Assembly (NCBI RefSeq): GCF_002019795.1
Contig: NZ_KV917381.1
Span: forward strand, 2,324,068-2,388,067
Origin: Alkalihalobacterium alkalicellulosilyticum
GTDB taxonomy: Bacteria; Bacillota; Bacilli; Bacillales; Bacillaceae_F
Length of the DNA stretch: 64,000 nt
Direction: 5' to 3'
Under the pieces are notes generated by a model. That model was not told the DNA's origin. It made no database searches and worked only from the letters and a program-made list of their open reading frames with translations. Both the position numbers and the translations under genes were made by a program. Positions within the stretch are counted from its first letter, which is position 1. Each line of letters begins with the position of its first letter. Positions 10,565 to 20,881 of the stretch are shown here, in pieces.

Positions 10565-10867
10565 TAAAGCCTCACTTTTTTCAAAATACTCTCAAAAAAT
10601 AACGTTACCTATTTTTCAACAAGAAATCAACTATTTTATAAAAATTCTTTACTATTTTTTCCGTCAAGGAACATAATTAAACAAATTTTTGCTTTATTCA
10701 ATTACTGTAATGATGTTCTATTCGCTTGTCAATGAAATATACTTTTAGCTAAAATTCTTTAAGGCTTTTGTTTATTAATTACTACTAAAAGAAAGAGATG
10801 CAACAATGGACACGGTCCTTCGCTACATCTCTAGCAAGTAATGAGTTACTATTTCTATGTAATTTAA

Positions 10868-11302
10868 TTAGTCTACTACAATATAAGCAATCATGGGTCC
10901 ATTGTCTTTAATATGAGCATGGGCTGTACAAATTAAACGATAGACACCTGCTTCTTCAAAATGTAGTGTAACCGTTGTTTCTTTTCCTTTTTTCACTGTA
11001 CCACTAATGTCTGTTCCTTCAATCACAAAAGGATGTTCATGCCCATTCACTCCAAAAATCGTTAATTTGACTTTTTCCCCTTTTGGCACGTTAATTGTAC
11101 CTGGGTCCCAACGGTAACTTTCAATCTCTTTTCCTTCTGCTGTTTTAGATTTGTATTCTCCTGTTACCATATGAATTTCTAACTCTTTATCAGAGAAACC
11201 TGCTTTTGTTTCAATGATCTTCGGTTCAATCATGTATAAACTCACAGCTGCTGTGATAAATATGATAGCAAGAATCATCCATTTCTTTTTGATATATACC
11301 AC
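10868..11302 (-). CDS. membrane-anchored cupredoxin-like protein (possible type-1 Cu site)
   Basis: N-terminal TM; C-terminal ligand-like pattern H...CTAHAH...M. Confidence 0.4.
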   Translation of the reverse strand: MVYIKKKWMILAIIFITAAVSLYMIEPKIIETKAGFSDKELEIHMVTGEYKSKTAEGKEIESYRWDPGTINVPKGEKVKLTIFGVNGHEHPFVIEGTDISGTVKKGKETTVTLHFEEAGVYRLICTAHAHIKDNGPMIAYIVVD

Positions 11303-11469
11303 TAGAATCCCTCCTTTCTATTCTTTCTACACTCTATGCGTTAAGGTCCTAGAACTTGTCTCATTATTTGGTATAAACGTAATTGATAAGTTGACTGGAA
11401 AACGATTATCTAAGAGCAGTGTCCTTATATACTTGATAATACAAATCAAACAAACTCTTACTACATAGG

Positions 11470-12054
11470 ATGTATAAGGAGGTGAAAAAATTGAATTTAC
11501 GACTATTTTTTATTTTTATTTTGCCGTTTTTCATGTTGCTAGCTTGTGTTGATGAAAAAAAGGAAGTTGTTCTAGAAGGTGAAACTTCTGCTGACACTCA
11601 GGTAGAAATAGAAGTCGAAATCGACGATAATGAGGATGTTCCGGATTCTATTGAATCGAATAATCAGCAAAATGAGACAAAGGAACAAGATGATGCTCAT
11701 ACAACAGAAATTGAAATGAAGAATGACAATGTTAGTGACCAATTATTAGAAAATGAAGCGTTTCGAATTGAAATTCCAACTCAAAATAGCATTGTTTCAA
11801 CTGGATTTATCGTTCAAGGGCAAGCACGTGTATACGAAGCTACAGTTCAATACCGTCTCCTAAACGAGAGTGGGGATATATTAACTGAAGGATTCACAAC
11901 AGCTTCAGAAGGTGGACCGTATTGGGGAGACTTTGAAATTATTGTGGATTGGGTTGATAACGGTGATACTTCTGGTACACTGCTATTATTTGAAGAAAGT
12001 GCCAAGGATGGCTCAGAACAACATGCCCTTACCATTGAGTTAACCTTCGAATAA
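11470..12054 (+). CDS. lipoprotein with acidic linker and Gmad2 immunoglobulin-like domain
   Basis: lipobox LLAC; D/E-rich low-complexity region; C-terminal Gmad2-like block. Confidence 0.5.
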   Translation: MYKEVKKLNLRLFFIFILPFFMLLACVDEKKEVVLEGETSADTQVEIEVEIDDNEDVPDSIESNNQQNETKEQDDAHTTEIEMKNDNVSDQLLENEAFRIEIPTQNSIVSTGFIVQGQARVYEATVQYRLLNESGDILTEGFTTASEGGPYWGDFEIIVDWVDNGDTSGTLLLFEESAKDGSEQHALTIELTFE

Positions 12055-12129
12055 CTAGGGATAATAAATCGCACTTATTTAGTCACTGAATACTCTAGTC
12101 CTATATACTCTATTCAGGAGGAACTAACA

Positions 12130-12847
12130 GTGGGGATTGAAAAAGAAAATGCTATCTTAGAAAAATATAAAACCGGTTTGGAATTTGATGCATTCTCATC
12201 ATTTCTTACTAAGTTAGGAAATCGAGAGTCACGATTCCCTTGTATTCCAGCAGTTCACGGACAAACCCAAAACCATTTTAGATATGGTTTTATTGACGAT
12301 AGAAAAAAAGAGTTGCAAGAAGAACAAATGGCTTCCCTCTTGAAGGAATAGCCTAATTGCTAAAGAATGCGGGGACTATACCTCGTTAGTATTATTTTTC
12401 AATGAAAAAGCTAAAACTTTAGAAGAGTGTGAACATGATTTTTGGAGATTGCTGACTGAGGTAAGTCTATATGACGAGCTCCCCTGGCCTTCTCATATTC
12501 CAAAGGACCCTTCAGACCAACTATGGGAATATTGCTTTCACGGCGAACAATACTTTGTATATTGTGCTACACCATACCACGAACAAAGGAATAGTCGTTA
12601 TTTTCCTTATTTTATGGTCGCATTAACTCCAAGATGGGTACTAGACACATTTAATAGTAATCAACAAAAAGCAGAAACTATAAGAAACCGTATACGAGAG
12701 CGTTTAGAAGCGTATGACGATATCGCACCCCACCCTCAATTAAAACAGTATGGCTCATCTGAAAATCATGAATGGAAGCAATATTTCTTACGAGACGAGG
12801 ACAGTGAACTAAGCCAATGTCCTTTTCACCACCAAAATCCGGATTAA
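12130..12847 (+). pseudogene. YqcI/YcgG family gene interrupted by a frameshift near 12345
   Basis: ORFs 12130-12351 (FPCIPA motif) and 12449-12847 (FCATP, PRWV, EWKQYFLRD, QCPF) are N- and C-terminal parts of one family; frame 2 is open from 12344 and reads ...LIAKECGDYTSLVLFF... continuing the family alignment. Confidence 0.55.
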
Positions 12848-13051
12848 TTTTGTACTTTTTTGGGAATAATCGTACAAAGGACATCATTTTGTGTTATGAT
12901 AAGAAGAGTAGTCTCTATAAGGGAATGCAATGTTAATTCCCTGACGTCAGAAAATATGACGAATTTTTTGTTAAATCACCATGAAATACGAGTAATTTTT
13001 TAAACATTTCCAAAAAATATAATTATCAAGGAAAATGAAAGGGTGATTTAA

Positions 13052-13261
13052 TTGACAAAAAAGAGTTATTCATCACAGTTGTTTAAAATGGTTAAAACGT
13101 CAAGCAGAGCTTTATCATATGAGGAAGCTGCTAAGGAGTTAAAAGCAACAAATCCCACTCTTGAAGACAGCTCAAAAAACACTGAAGGAATTCGCAAGAT
13201 TCTTGAGCGTTTTGTGGAAATTGGAAAAATGAGAAAAACAAAAGCTGGTAACTATAAGTAA
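13052..13261 (+). CDS. hypothetical small protein (TTG start)
   Basis: 69-aa ORF with RBS aaagggtga; followed by strong terminator. Confidence 0.35.
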   Translation: MTKKSYSSQLFKMVKTSSRALSYEEAAKELKATNPTLEDSSKNTEGIRKILERFVEIGKMRKTKAGNYK

Positions 13262-13283
13262 AATGAGCTTTTGGTTTAAATGA

Positions 13284-13319
13284 GCATCCTAGTCTTGCAC
13301 TAGGATGCTTTTTTAGTTT
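13284..13319. terminator. bidirectional intrinsic terminator between small ORF and ilvE
   Basis: gcatcctagtcttgcactaggatgc hairpin + ttttttagttt. Confidence 0.75.
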
Positions 13320-13341
13320 ATCAAAATACTTTTAGTGATTT

Positions 13342-14409
13342 TTAGATCACTTCAATCGTCCAGTTGTATTGATCTTCTTCAACACCTGTCTGAATTCCTG
13401 TTAACTTTTCATAAAGTTTACTCGCTATAGGTCCTGTGATTCGATCGTTAATGACCATCTTTTGGTCATTCCAGAGCAACTCTCCGATTGGAGAAATGAC
13501 CGCAGCAGTTCCTGTTCCAAAGGCTTCCTCTAATTTACCTTCTTGGTAGGCCTTTGCAATTTCATCGATAGAAATTTTTCTTTCAGTGACTGGGATATCC
13601 CATTTTTTTAATAGCTCAATCGTCGTCATCCGTGTAACCCCTTCTAAGATGCTTCCACTTAGTTCAGGTGTAATGACTTCACCGTCAATTTTAAAAAACA
13701 CATTCATTGACCCGACTTCTTCTATGTACTTCTTTTCTACCGCATCTAACCATAATACTTGTGATTGCCCTTTGTTTACGGCTTTTTCTTGAGCTTTATA
13801 GGCTGCCGAATAATTGCCAGCCGTCTTAGCCATACCTGTACCACCCTTTACAGCTCTGGTGAATTGTTCCTCAACATAGATGCCAACTGGATGAATCCCT
13901 TCCTCATAATACGAACCTACAGGACTTAATATAATCATGAACTTATACGTATTTGATGGCTTAGGTGTAAGATTTGGGTCTGTCGCAATGATAAACGGAC
14001 GAATGTATAGGGCTGTCCCATCTAAAGATGGTACCCATTCTCTATCGATGCGAAGTAGTTCTTCTAGGTATAAAAGTGCCTTCTCTTCATCAATCGCTGG
14101 AATTCCTAAGCGTTCACTTGAGCGATTTAAGCGTTGAAAGTTTTTTTCTGGTCGAAACAACAAGATTTTATCTTCCTTTGTTCGGTAGGCCTTTAACCCT
14201 TCAAATACCATTTGACCGTAATGGAACACTGTACTCGCAGGCTCGAGTGCAATCGGCTCATATGGTGTAATTCTTGGGTAATGCCATCCTCTTTCAGGTG
14301 TATAATCCATAATAAACATATGGTCTGTAAACTGTGTTCCAAAAACTAATTGGTCATCTTCGGGTTTTTGTTTTTTATGTGTGGAACGAATAATTTCTAG
14401 TTCACTCAT
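13342..14409 (-). CDS. ilvE: branched-chain amino acid aminotransferase (class IV)
   Basis: FGTQFTDHMF N-terminus and conserved BCAT core; 355 aa. Confidence 0.9.
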   Translation of the reverse strand: MSELEIIRSTHKKQKPEDDQLVFGTQFTDHMFIMDYTPERGWHYPRITPYEPIALEPASTVFHYGQMVFEGLKAYRTKEDKILLFRPEKNFQRLNRSSERLGIPAIDEEKALLYLEELLRIDREWVPSLDGTALYIRPFIIATDPNLTPKPSNTYKFMIILSPVGSYYEEGIHPVGIYVEEQFTRAVKGGTGMAKTAGNYSAAYKAQEKAVNKGQSQVLWLDAVEKKYIEEVGSMNVFFKIDGEVITPELSGSILEGVTRMTTIELLKKWDIPVTERKISIDEIAKAYQEGKLEEAFGTGTAAVISPIGELLWNDQKMVINDRITGPIASKLYEKLTGIQTGVEEDQYNWTIEVI

Positions 14410-14433
14410 GAATACATCTCCTTCGATTGACTT

Positions 14434-14751
14434 TTACGATAAATACGAACAACAATAATCAACAACCGTATGTACTTTTAAAGCAAATGATTCATTGGCA
14501 GGTACATAAAACGTTCCACTTCCATCAATGGTTTTCCACTCTTCACCTTGTAGCTTATACTCTAATTTACCCGCTAAAATTTCCATTTCCTCTTTTTGAT
14601 CAGTAGAAAATTCGTATTCTCCAGGATTCATAATTCCTAATGTTTTTTTCGTACCGTCTTCAAAAAGAACAGTGCGGCTTGTTACTTTTCCTTCAAAATA
14701 AATATTTGCTGCTTTCACAATTGTAACGTTTTCAAATGTAGACATGGTCAT
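14434..14751 (-). CDS. ppnP: pyrimidine/purine nucleoside phosphorylase PpnP (YaiE/UPF0345 cupin)
   Basis: [17 protein letters not shown] and C-terminal YCCSYL blocks matching E. coli PpnP. Confidence 0.75.
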   Translation of the reverse strand: MTMSTFENVTIVKAANIYFEGKVTSRTVLFEDGTKKTLGIMNPGEYEFSTDQKEEMEILAGKLEYKLQGEEWKTIDGSGTFYVPANESFALKVHTVVDYCCSYLS

Positions 14752-14814
14752 CGCTCTCTTTCTTATTTTATCCTAATTTATCATATATTTTTTACAATGA
14801 ACATCTTTTTCATA

Positions 14815-15123
14815 TTAATAATTTCGAATCACTCGGCCTTCGTACAGCGCCTCGATATCAAGGTTTTCCATATTCTCTGAAGCTTCTTGTACAATTTTAG
14901 TTAATATGTTTTCTTCCATAATTGAATGTAAGTAGATAATGACCACCTCTTGGTTAGCAACTACCTCTGTTTGTTCATGTGATTTTAATGGAAAAGTCTT
15001 TAATGCGCTTTTGACAATATGTTTAACATTCTCTTTATTATCTGACTGATAGCTAGTTATAGTTTCTATGGAGTCTTTCACAAATTGTTGAATATTAATC
15101 ATAGCGTTTAGTTTCAATCCCAT
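14815..15123 (-). CDS. hypothetical protein
   Basis: 102-aa ORF in operon-like arrangement with next two genes. Confidence 0.35.
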   Translation of the reverse strand: MGLKLNAMINIQQFVKDSIETITSYQSDNKENVKHIVKSALKTFPLKSHEQTEVVANQEVVIIYLHSIMEENILTKIVQEASENMENLDIEALYEGRVIRNY

Positions 15124-15409
15124 CTATAATATCTTCTAATTCAGTTAAAAAATTTAATTGGAGTGGTCCTGGTAATCGTTGTTGAAGCTCTTCTATTTCT
15201 TTTAAACTCTCTGCTTCAATGATATCTTTAGGTTTAGTTTCTAACGTATGAAACCATTCCTTACATTCATCAATAAATAGATAAAAATGACGTTCAAAGC
15301 GTTCAGCACATTCGGCTCCTTCATCACCGTCGGTTTGTTGCATCATTGCCCAATCATCTAAAGCAATCTCAAGCGCTTCAATTACTTTGTTGTACATCTT
15401 TCCCTCCAA
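15095..15409 (-). CDS. hypothetical acidic protein
   Basis: 104-aa ORF, overlaps neighbours by a few codons. Confidence 0.35.
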   Translation of the reverse strand: MEGKMYNKVIEALEIALDDWAMMQQTDGDEGAECAERFERHFYLFIDECKEWFHTLETKPKDIIEAESLKEIEELQQRLPGPLQLNFLTELEDIIDGIETKRYD

Positions 15410-15858
15410 TCGCTTACGTTAAGCATCATATCAATGTGCGGAATACCATCTTCTAAAAACACGTCAGAAACAGGTTCAAATCCAAATGATTGATAAAACT
15501 GTAGTAAATAATGTTGTGCCATAATTTTTACCATTTTATCATGAAAATGCTCATCAATAAACGTTAAACCTCGAGTCAAAAGTTCTCTACCAAGTTTGGC
15601 CTTTCGATACTCTTTTTTTACGATGACCCTCCCGATTGAACAATAAGGATAAAGAGTATCTTTTGGAAGGATTCGTGAATATGCGATAATCTCTTCATTA
15701 CTCTCTTTAGCAAATAAGTGATAGGATACTTTATCAAGATCATCCAGTTCTGGGTATGGACAATTTTGCTCAACGATAAAAATTGTAATTCGTTCCTTTA
15801 TGATATTATATAATTCAACATTTGTTAGTTCTTCAAAGGTTTTAACCGTCCATTCCAT
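15382..15858 (-). CDS. GNAT family N-acetyltransferase
   Basis: acetyl-CoA binding-like region RVIVKKEYRKAKLGRELL; RBS gagagggg. Confidence 0.8.
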   Translation of the reverse strand: MEWTVKTFEELTNVELYNIIKERITIFIVEQNCPYPELDDLDKVSYHLFAKESNEEIIAYSRILPKDTLYPYCSIGRVIVKKEYRKAKLGRELLTRGLTFIDEHFHDKMVKIMAQHYLLQFYQSFGFEPVSDVFLEDGIPHIDMMLNVSDWRERCTTK

Positions 15859-16018
15859 ACCTTTATTCCCCTCTCTATTTCACCCAATAAAAAAAAATAA
15901 AAAGCTATAATAATATACTATATTTCAAATAAAAAGTGAAGAATTGGTAAAAGATAGGAACGTCATATGCATAATGTAAAATGATGTGGTATAGTTAACC
16001 TATATAAGGAGGGATTCG

Positions 16019-17398
16019 ATGAAACATACCGTTTTGCTACAAACAGCTCAAAACAAGTCAATCGAGTTACGCCCGAAAAAAATAATTATCTATATGCAAT
16101 GTAAGGTCATTGAAGCAGAAGCTATTCAAGAGAACCTACAAGTGTATTATCTATTTTATTTCAAAAATCAGTACGTGACGACAGTGAAGGCTACCCGTCT
16201 CAAGCGTCACTCCTTTATTGAAAATGCATATAAAAAAGGATTTGTGCTTCATAACCCTCTTCCTCTGCTCCCGTTTATTATAAAAGATAAAGAACACCTT
16301 TCTTTACTTACCTTTACGCAGTTGCTTAATAAGTTAGAAAAGCAATTTCTTCCTCTAGAAAAAACAATCATATTAACCTATTTTGACTCGTTTATCTCCA
16401 AAAACAAACTATTAGAAGTCATTAAGCCTTCCTATTATCATTTTTACCGTGATGGAAAATCCTTTTTATCTTTTCAACTATTACAAGTGATTCATGACTT
16501 TTCCCCAGCGGAAACCTGGGTTCATGAATTTTTAAACAAACAGGAATATACGAAATATAAGACACACGAATATGAACAAGATTTACTCTTAACCGAAAAA
16601 CAACTTTTCTTGAGTGACGATGAAAAAAGCTCGCAGTTATACGAGACTTTATTAACTGACCAAGCTAGATGGGTTGATTTATTTGTTCATTACTTACGGT
16701 GTTATACAAAAACTCCTACTGAAACTCTTTTTCAAAAGGTTAAAAATTTAGCTTCCTCTCATTTACATGGCATAGATATGATGCCTCTATTAGAGAATGT
16801 CATTGAAAATACAACAACTCCCGTTCAAGTAAAATATGCACTTCTAGAATCGTATCTAGCTTCTAAAGAGTATAGTAAAGCATGTTCATTTCTGATTAAA
16901 CACCATATTCCTTTTAGCCCGTACCATATACCGCTCCTCGAAAAGATGTTAACTGACGCCAACCTGACAGGAAACTCTTTTCCACTCGCATCTATTCAAG
17001 CGTTGTTAATAGAAGTAGCCAAACAAAAAGCCAATGAAACGAACTCCCTATTACAAATGGTAGTAAGCCGTTTATTAAAAGATAACAGTACTCTTTTTGT
17101 GAAAACGTGGTTAAAACCATTTCAACCATATAAAACCCAACTGCCTTGTATTCAAGACGTGAATCGAATGGTTATGTTAGAGGAGGATGCCGACCAACAA
17201 TTTAAGTTAGGTGAACTCTATTATCAATATAAATTATATACAAAAGCTCTTGAATGCTTTCAATGGGAGTATGAATTAAATGATCTTGACCGACATGCCT
17301 TACATTGGCTTTTGAAAATCAACCGCGAATTAGGATATGAAGAGGAAGCAAACATACTTCAACAACAATATGTTGATTTACAAAAATGGTCTTCTTAA
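16019..17398 (+). CDS. hypothetical protein (459 aa, helical repeat-like C-terminus)
   Basis: long ORF, no recognised catalytic motif. Confidence 0.4.
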   Translation: MKHTVLLQTAQNKSIELRPKKIIIYMQCKVIEAEAIQENLQVYYLFYFKNQYVTTVKATRLKRHSFIENAYKKGFVLHNPLPLLPFIIKDKEHLSLLTFTQLLNKLEKQFLPLEKTIILTYFDSFISKNKLLEVIKPSYYHFYRDGKSFLSFQLLQVIHDFSPAETWVHEFLNKQEYTKYKTHEYEQDLLLTEKQLFLSDDEKSSQLYETLLTDQARWVDLFVHYLRCYTKTPTETLFQKVKNLASSHLHGIDMMPLLENVIENTTTPVQVKYALLESYLASKEYSKACSFLIKHHIPFSPYHIPLLEKMLTDANLTGNSFPLASIQALLIEVAKQKANETNSLLQMVVSRLLKDNSTLFVKTWLKPFQPYKTQLPCIQDVNRMVMLEEDADQQFKLGELYYQYKLYTKALECFQWEYELNDLDRHALHWLLKINRELGYEEEANILQQQYVDLQKWSS

Positions 17399-17469
17399 CA
17401 ACGAAGCTATATCAAATGTGAGTGTACTATACTGACGGGGACTTTAAAGGCATACGTATCAAAGTCTCC

Positions 17470-18648
17470 TTATCGTTTATCCCCTATCATTATTTGGTCA
17501 TGACAAATGGTTTGCGTTTCAACTGGCAACGCATTTGAGAAAAGCAAGGCAATATAAAATAATACAATTCCTTCTGTTTCTTTTGGGTCTATCCCTGTCA
17601 CCTCTTTTACTTGCTTGAGACGATAGTGGAGTGTATTGATGTGGAGGTGCATGGCTGAAGCTGTTTTTTTGATGGATTGGTTATGTTTCAAATAAACTTG
17701 AAGTGTTTCTATTAAATCAGGATAATCCTCCAATGATTTCATCGTACGCTCTAGAAATTCAGCACGTGCTTCTGTTGATATGTCTTCAAGTATGATTTCA
17801 ATAACAAGGTCTTCATAAAAAGAAATCCCTCCATGTTTTTCTGTGACCTTTAATGCTTTCTTAGCTTCGATAAATGATTGGTGAATTAATTCAGTTCCCG
17901 CATTTTTACCAACTCCAACAGCTACAGAACACTGCATTTTATTGAGATGTGATTGTAATAGTTCTAATTGATATTGAAATTGGGTTCTGCTATACCCATT
18001 TTCTACATTAGCTAATAATAAGATGCCTCCTTGTCCCCAGCGAATCATAAAAAACGGTTCATTATAAAAAAAGCGTTGGACGTATTCAAATAACTCCTGT
18101 TGACTCCACTGCGGGTCACCAACTGCAGCTGATTCAATCTGCAATAAACAACATAGATGAGTTTGATACATTGGAACCCCTAATAACGTTCCTTTTTCTA
18201 AAAAATCATAATCAATTTCTGTTGCATTCACCCATTCATAAAAAAAAGCTTCCAACCCTCTTGTTTTCCAATCAATTTGGGCAGCGTAATACGATTCCCT
18301 AATAATTAGTTCTGTCATTCCCCTAATAAGCCCAGCAAACGGCTCAACTTCTTTTGGATTACCTGTAACACCAATGACACCAATTACATTACTTTCAAAT
18401 AAAATAGGCATGTTAATTCCTAATTTTACGCCTTTTAGAGAATGTGCCAATTGTTCATGAATGTATAGTTTCTCTTTTGATTTTAATACCTTTTGTGCTC
18501 CTTCGTGGAAAGTACCTATTCGTTCTTTTTGGGTAGAAGCAATGATAATGCTGTTGGTATCAACAACGATGATATCTTCATCTATTAACTTTTGTACTTC
18601 TAACACAATCTTTGTTGCTACTTTTGGGAATAATATCATCGCTACCAC
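17470..18648 (-). CDS. CdaR/PucR-family transcriptional regulator
   Basis: C-terminal PucR-type HTH (HINTLHYRLKQVKEVTGIDP); adjacent to glcDF as ysfB in B. subtilis. Confidence 0.75.
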   Translation of the reverse strand: MVAMILFPKVATKIVLEVQKLIDEDIIVVDTNSIIIASTQKERIGTFHEGAQKVLKSKEKLYIHEQLAHSLKGVKLGINMPILFESNVIGVIGVTGNPKEVEPFAGLIRGMTELIIRESYYAAQIDWKTRGLEAFFYEWVNATEIDYDFLEKGTLLGVPMYQTHLCCLLQIESAAVGDPQWSQQELFEYVQRFFYNEPFFMIRWGQGGILLLANVENGYSRTQFQYQLELLQSHLNKMQCSVAVGVGKNAGTELIHQSFIEAKKALKVTEKHGGISFYEDLVIEIILEDISTEARAEFLERTMKSLEDYPDLIETLQVYLKHNQSIKKTASAMHLHINTLHYRLKQVKEVTGIDPKETEGIVLFYIALLFSNALPVETQTICHDQIMIGDKR

Positions 18649-18728
18649 TCATTTCTTCAATAGTAAAAAGGAGCCGTGACAAAAGAAAAAAATCTTTTTG
18701 TCCCGGCCACTCATCTATTTCAATCGCC

Positions 18729-19301
18729 TTATACTGATGCAGCTTCTTCCACTGTTAACACTTTAAAGAACGCTTTCATAAAGCCAGGAAGATCTGGCCA
18801 AGCATGCCCAGAAACAATATTTCCATCTACATAGAGTGGATCTTCTATGTATACAGCACCAGATGCTTCCACTTCAGGTCGGCAAGCGGTATACGCAGTC
18901 ATTTCTCTTCCTTGAACATATTGACGAACCGTTGTTAACACTAGTGAACCATGACAAATGACTCCAATTGGCTTATTCTCTAGGAGAAAGTGTGCTGCAA
19001 TTTCCTGGACTTTTGGATTCATTCGAATATATTCTGGAGCTCTACCCCCAGGAATAATTAACCCATCAAATTCTTCAGGGGAAATGTCGTCAATGGATGC
19101 ATGAGAGTCAAGCAAATATCCTGGTTTTTCAGTGTATGTTTCAACCCCTGAGATAAAATCATGAACTACGGTTTGAAGCTTCTTCTTCGTTGGAGAAGCA
19201 ATGACACATTCAATGTCTTCTTCTAAACATCGATAGTACGGATAAAAAATCTCCAACGCCTCAACTGCATCACCAGATAAAATTAGCACTTTTTTACTCA
19301 C
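18729..19301 (-). CDS. DJ-1/PfpI family protein
   Basis: nucleophile elbow GVICHG; 190 aa. Confidence 0.8.
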   Translation of the reverse strand: MSKKVLILSGDAVEALEIFYPYYRCLEEDIECVIASPTKKKLQTVVHDFISGVETYTEKPGYLLDSHASIDDISPEEFDGLIIPGGRAPEYIRMNPKVQEIAAHFLLENKPIGVICHGSLVLTTVRQYVQGREMTAYTACRPEVEASGAVYIEDPLYVDGNIVSGHAWPDLPGFMKAFFKVLTVEEAASV

Positions 19302-19531
19302 TCATATCACCTTTTTCATTAGTATTTTAAAACTATTCTAAGGCACCTAGTTTCCTACTTTGAGTTTCATCATCAATTACAGTTAAAGGAAGCGCTTTCA
19401 GTCTATCCTAAATCACCTCTTTTATTTAGATAAATTTGTTGATGCAACACTAATTTTATAGTCATAGAAACAAGAAGTATATGGTGATTCCACTAAAAAT
19501 AACATTGAATTAGTCGTATATTTTTATATGA

Positions 19532-20881
19532 TTATACAAAACTTTCCTGTTTTCCTGTTGTTTTATTGATAACACTACTATGGACTGATGCTTCAACTAA
19601 TATATCAGCCAAATGAACTACACGTATGTGTTCGGATAGTCCCTCACGTTCAATACCTATTTTCATTTGTAGCAAGCAACCAGGGTTAGACGTTACTATC
19701 GTGGTTGGATTCACCGCTTTCACATTCTTCATCTTTGCATCTAGAATGTCTGAAGCCATTTTAGGTTCTAGTAAATTATAAATTCCCGCTGACCCACAAC
19801 AACTTCCTGCTCCGTTCATTTCTTTATAGTCGATTCCTATAATATACTTAAGTAACGCTCTTGGTTCTTCAGATACTTTCATGACGTTTCGCAAATGACA
19901 AGAATCCTGATAGGTAATTGTTTGTTCAGGTAAGGATAAAGGGTGGCCTTCTTGATAGTTTGAATGTACTAGATGTGTAGAAATGTCGTTTATTTTTTGA
20001 ACAAAGTGATGAGCTCGTTTGCTCCAATCTGGATCATCTTTTAATAAATGGTCATACTCTCGTAAAAATGCTCCGCATCCTCCAGCATTAGATATGATGC
20101 TATCGACTGGTACCTTTTCAAAAGCAGCGATGTTTTTTCTCGCTAGTTCTTTTGCTTTTCCTTTTTCACCACCATGGGCGTGTAAGGCTCCACAGCAAAC
20201 TTGTTCATTCGGAATGTTCACATCACAACCTGTTTGTTGTAATAACGTCAACGTTGAGCTATTCGTAGCTAAAAACATCGTATTCATTAAGCATCCAGAA
20301 AAAAAAGCAACGGACTTCTGAGTTGGTGCCAGAGGTGATAGTGATGTGGGTCCATCTTTCATTTCTTTAAAACTAGGAACAGCTGGTAATACCTTTTCTG
20401 TTATTTGAAGATGTGTTGGTAGGAGCTTTAAGACACCAATATTTCTACATATCTTTTGGAACCAACGTTGATAAACTCCTAGTAGTGCAACTATGTTTCG
20501 CATTCGCGAGGGTGACGGAAATAATGATGAAAAAATAAATTTTCGAAACCCTTTTACAAAAAGAGAATGCTTTTTATTTTGAGTAATAATATCTCGAGCG
20601 TCCTCTAGCAGTTGACCATAATTGACACCAGGTGGGCAAACTGGCTCACAGGCACGACACCCTAAACACAAAGACAATGATTTCTCGACATCTTCATCTA
20701 CGTCTATAAGGCCTTCTGAAACAGCCTTCATAATCGCAATTCTACCACGTGGTGAATGTGATTCTTTATATCCCGATTCGATATACGTAGGACAGCTAGG
20801 CAAACAAAATCCACATTTCATGCAATTGTGCAATTCATCTTCACTAAGTCTATCCTTAAACTGTTGTTGAATATGATTCAT
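19532..20881 (-). CDS. glcF: glycolate oxidase iron-sulfur subunit
   Basis: two 4Fe-4S motifs (CMKCGFCLPSCP, CLGCRACEPVCP) and two CCG domains. Confidence 0.85.
   Translation of the reverse strand: MNHIQQQFKDRLSEDELHNCMKCGFCLPSCPTYIESGYKESHSPRGRIAIMKAVSEGLIDVDEDVEKSLSLCLGCRACEPVCPPGVNYGQLLEDARDIITQNKKHSLFVKGFRKFIFSSLFPSPSRMRNIVALLGVYQRWFQKICRNIGVLKLLPTHLQITEKVLPAVPSFKEMKDGPTSLSPLAPTQKSVAFFSGCLMNTMFLATNSSTLTLLQQTGCDVNIPNEQVCCGALHAHGGEKGKAKELARKNIAAFEKVPVDSIISNAGGCGAFLREYDHLLKDDPDWSKRAHHFVQKINDISTHLVHSNYQEGHPLSLPEQTITYQDSCHLRNVMKVSEEPRALLKYIIGIDYKEMNGAGSCCGSAGIYNLLEPKMASDILDAKMKNVKAVNPTTIVTSNPGCLLQMKIGIEREGLSEHIRVVHLADILVEASVHSSVINKTTGKQESFV

Noticed and set aside
12130-12847. Treating 12130-12351 and 12449-12847 as two independent small genes
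   Set aside because: Together they reconstruct one YqcI/YcgG-family protein, and the intervening sequence is in-frame family sequence in the shifted frame.
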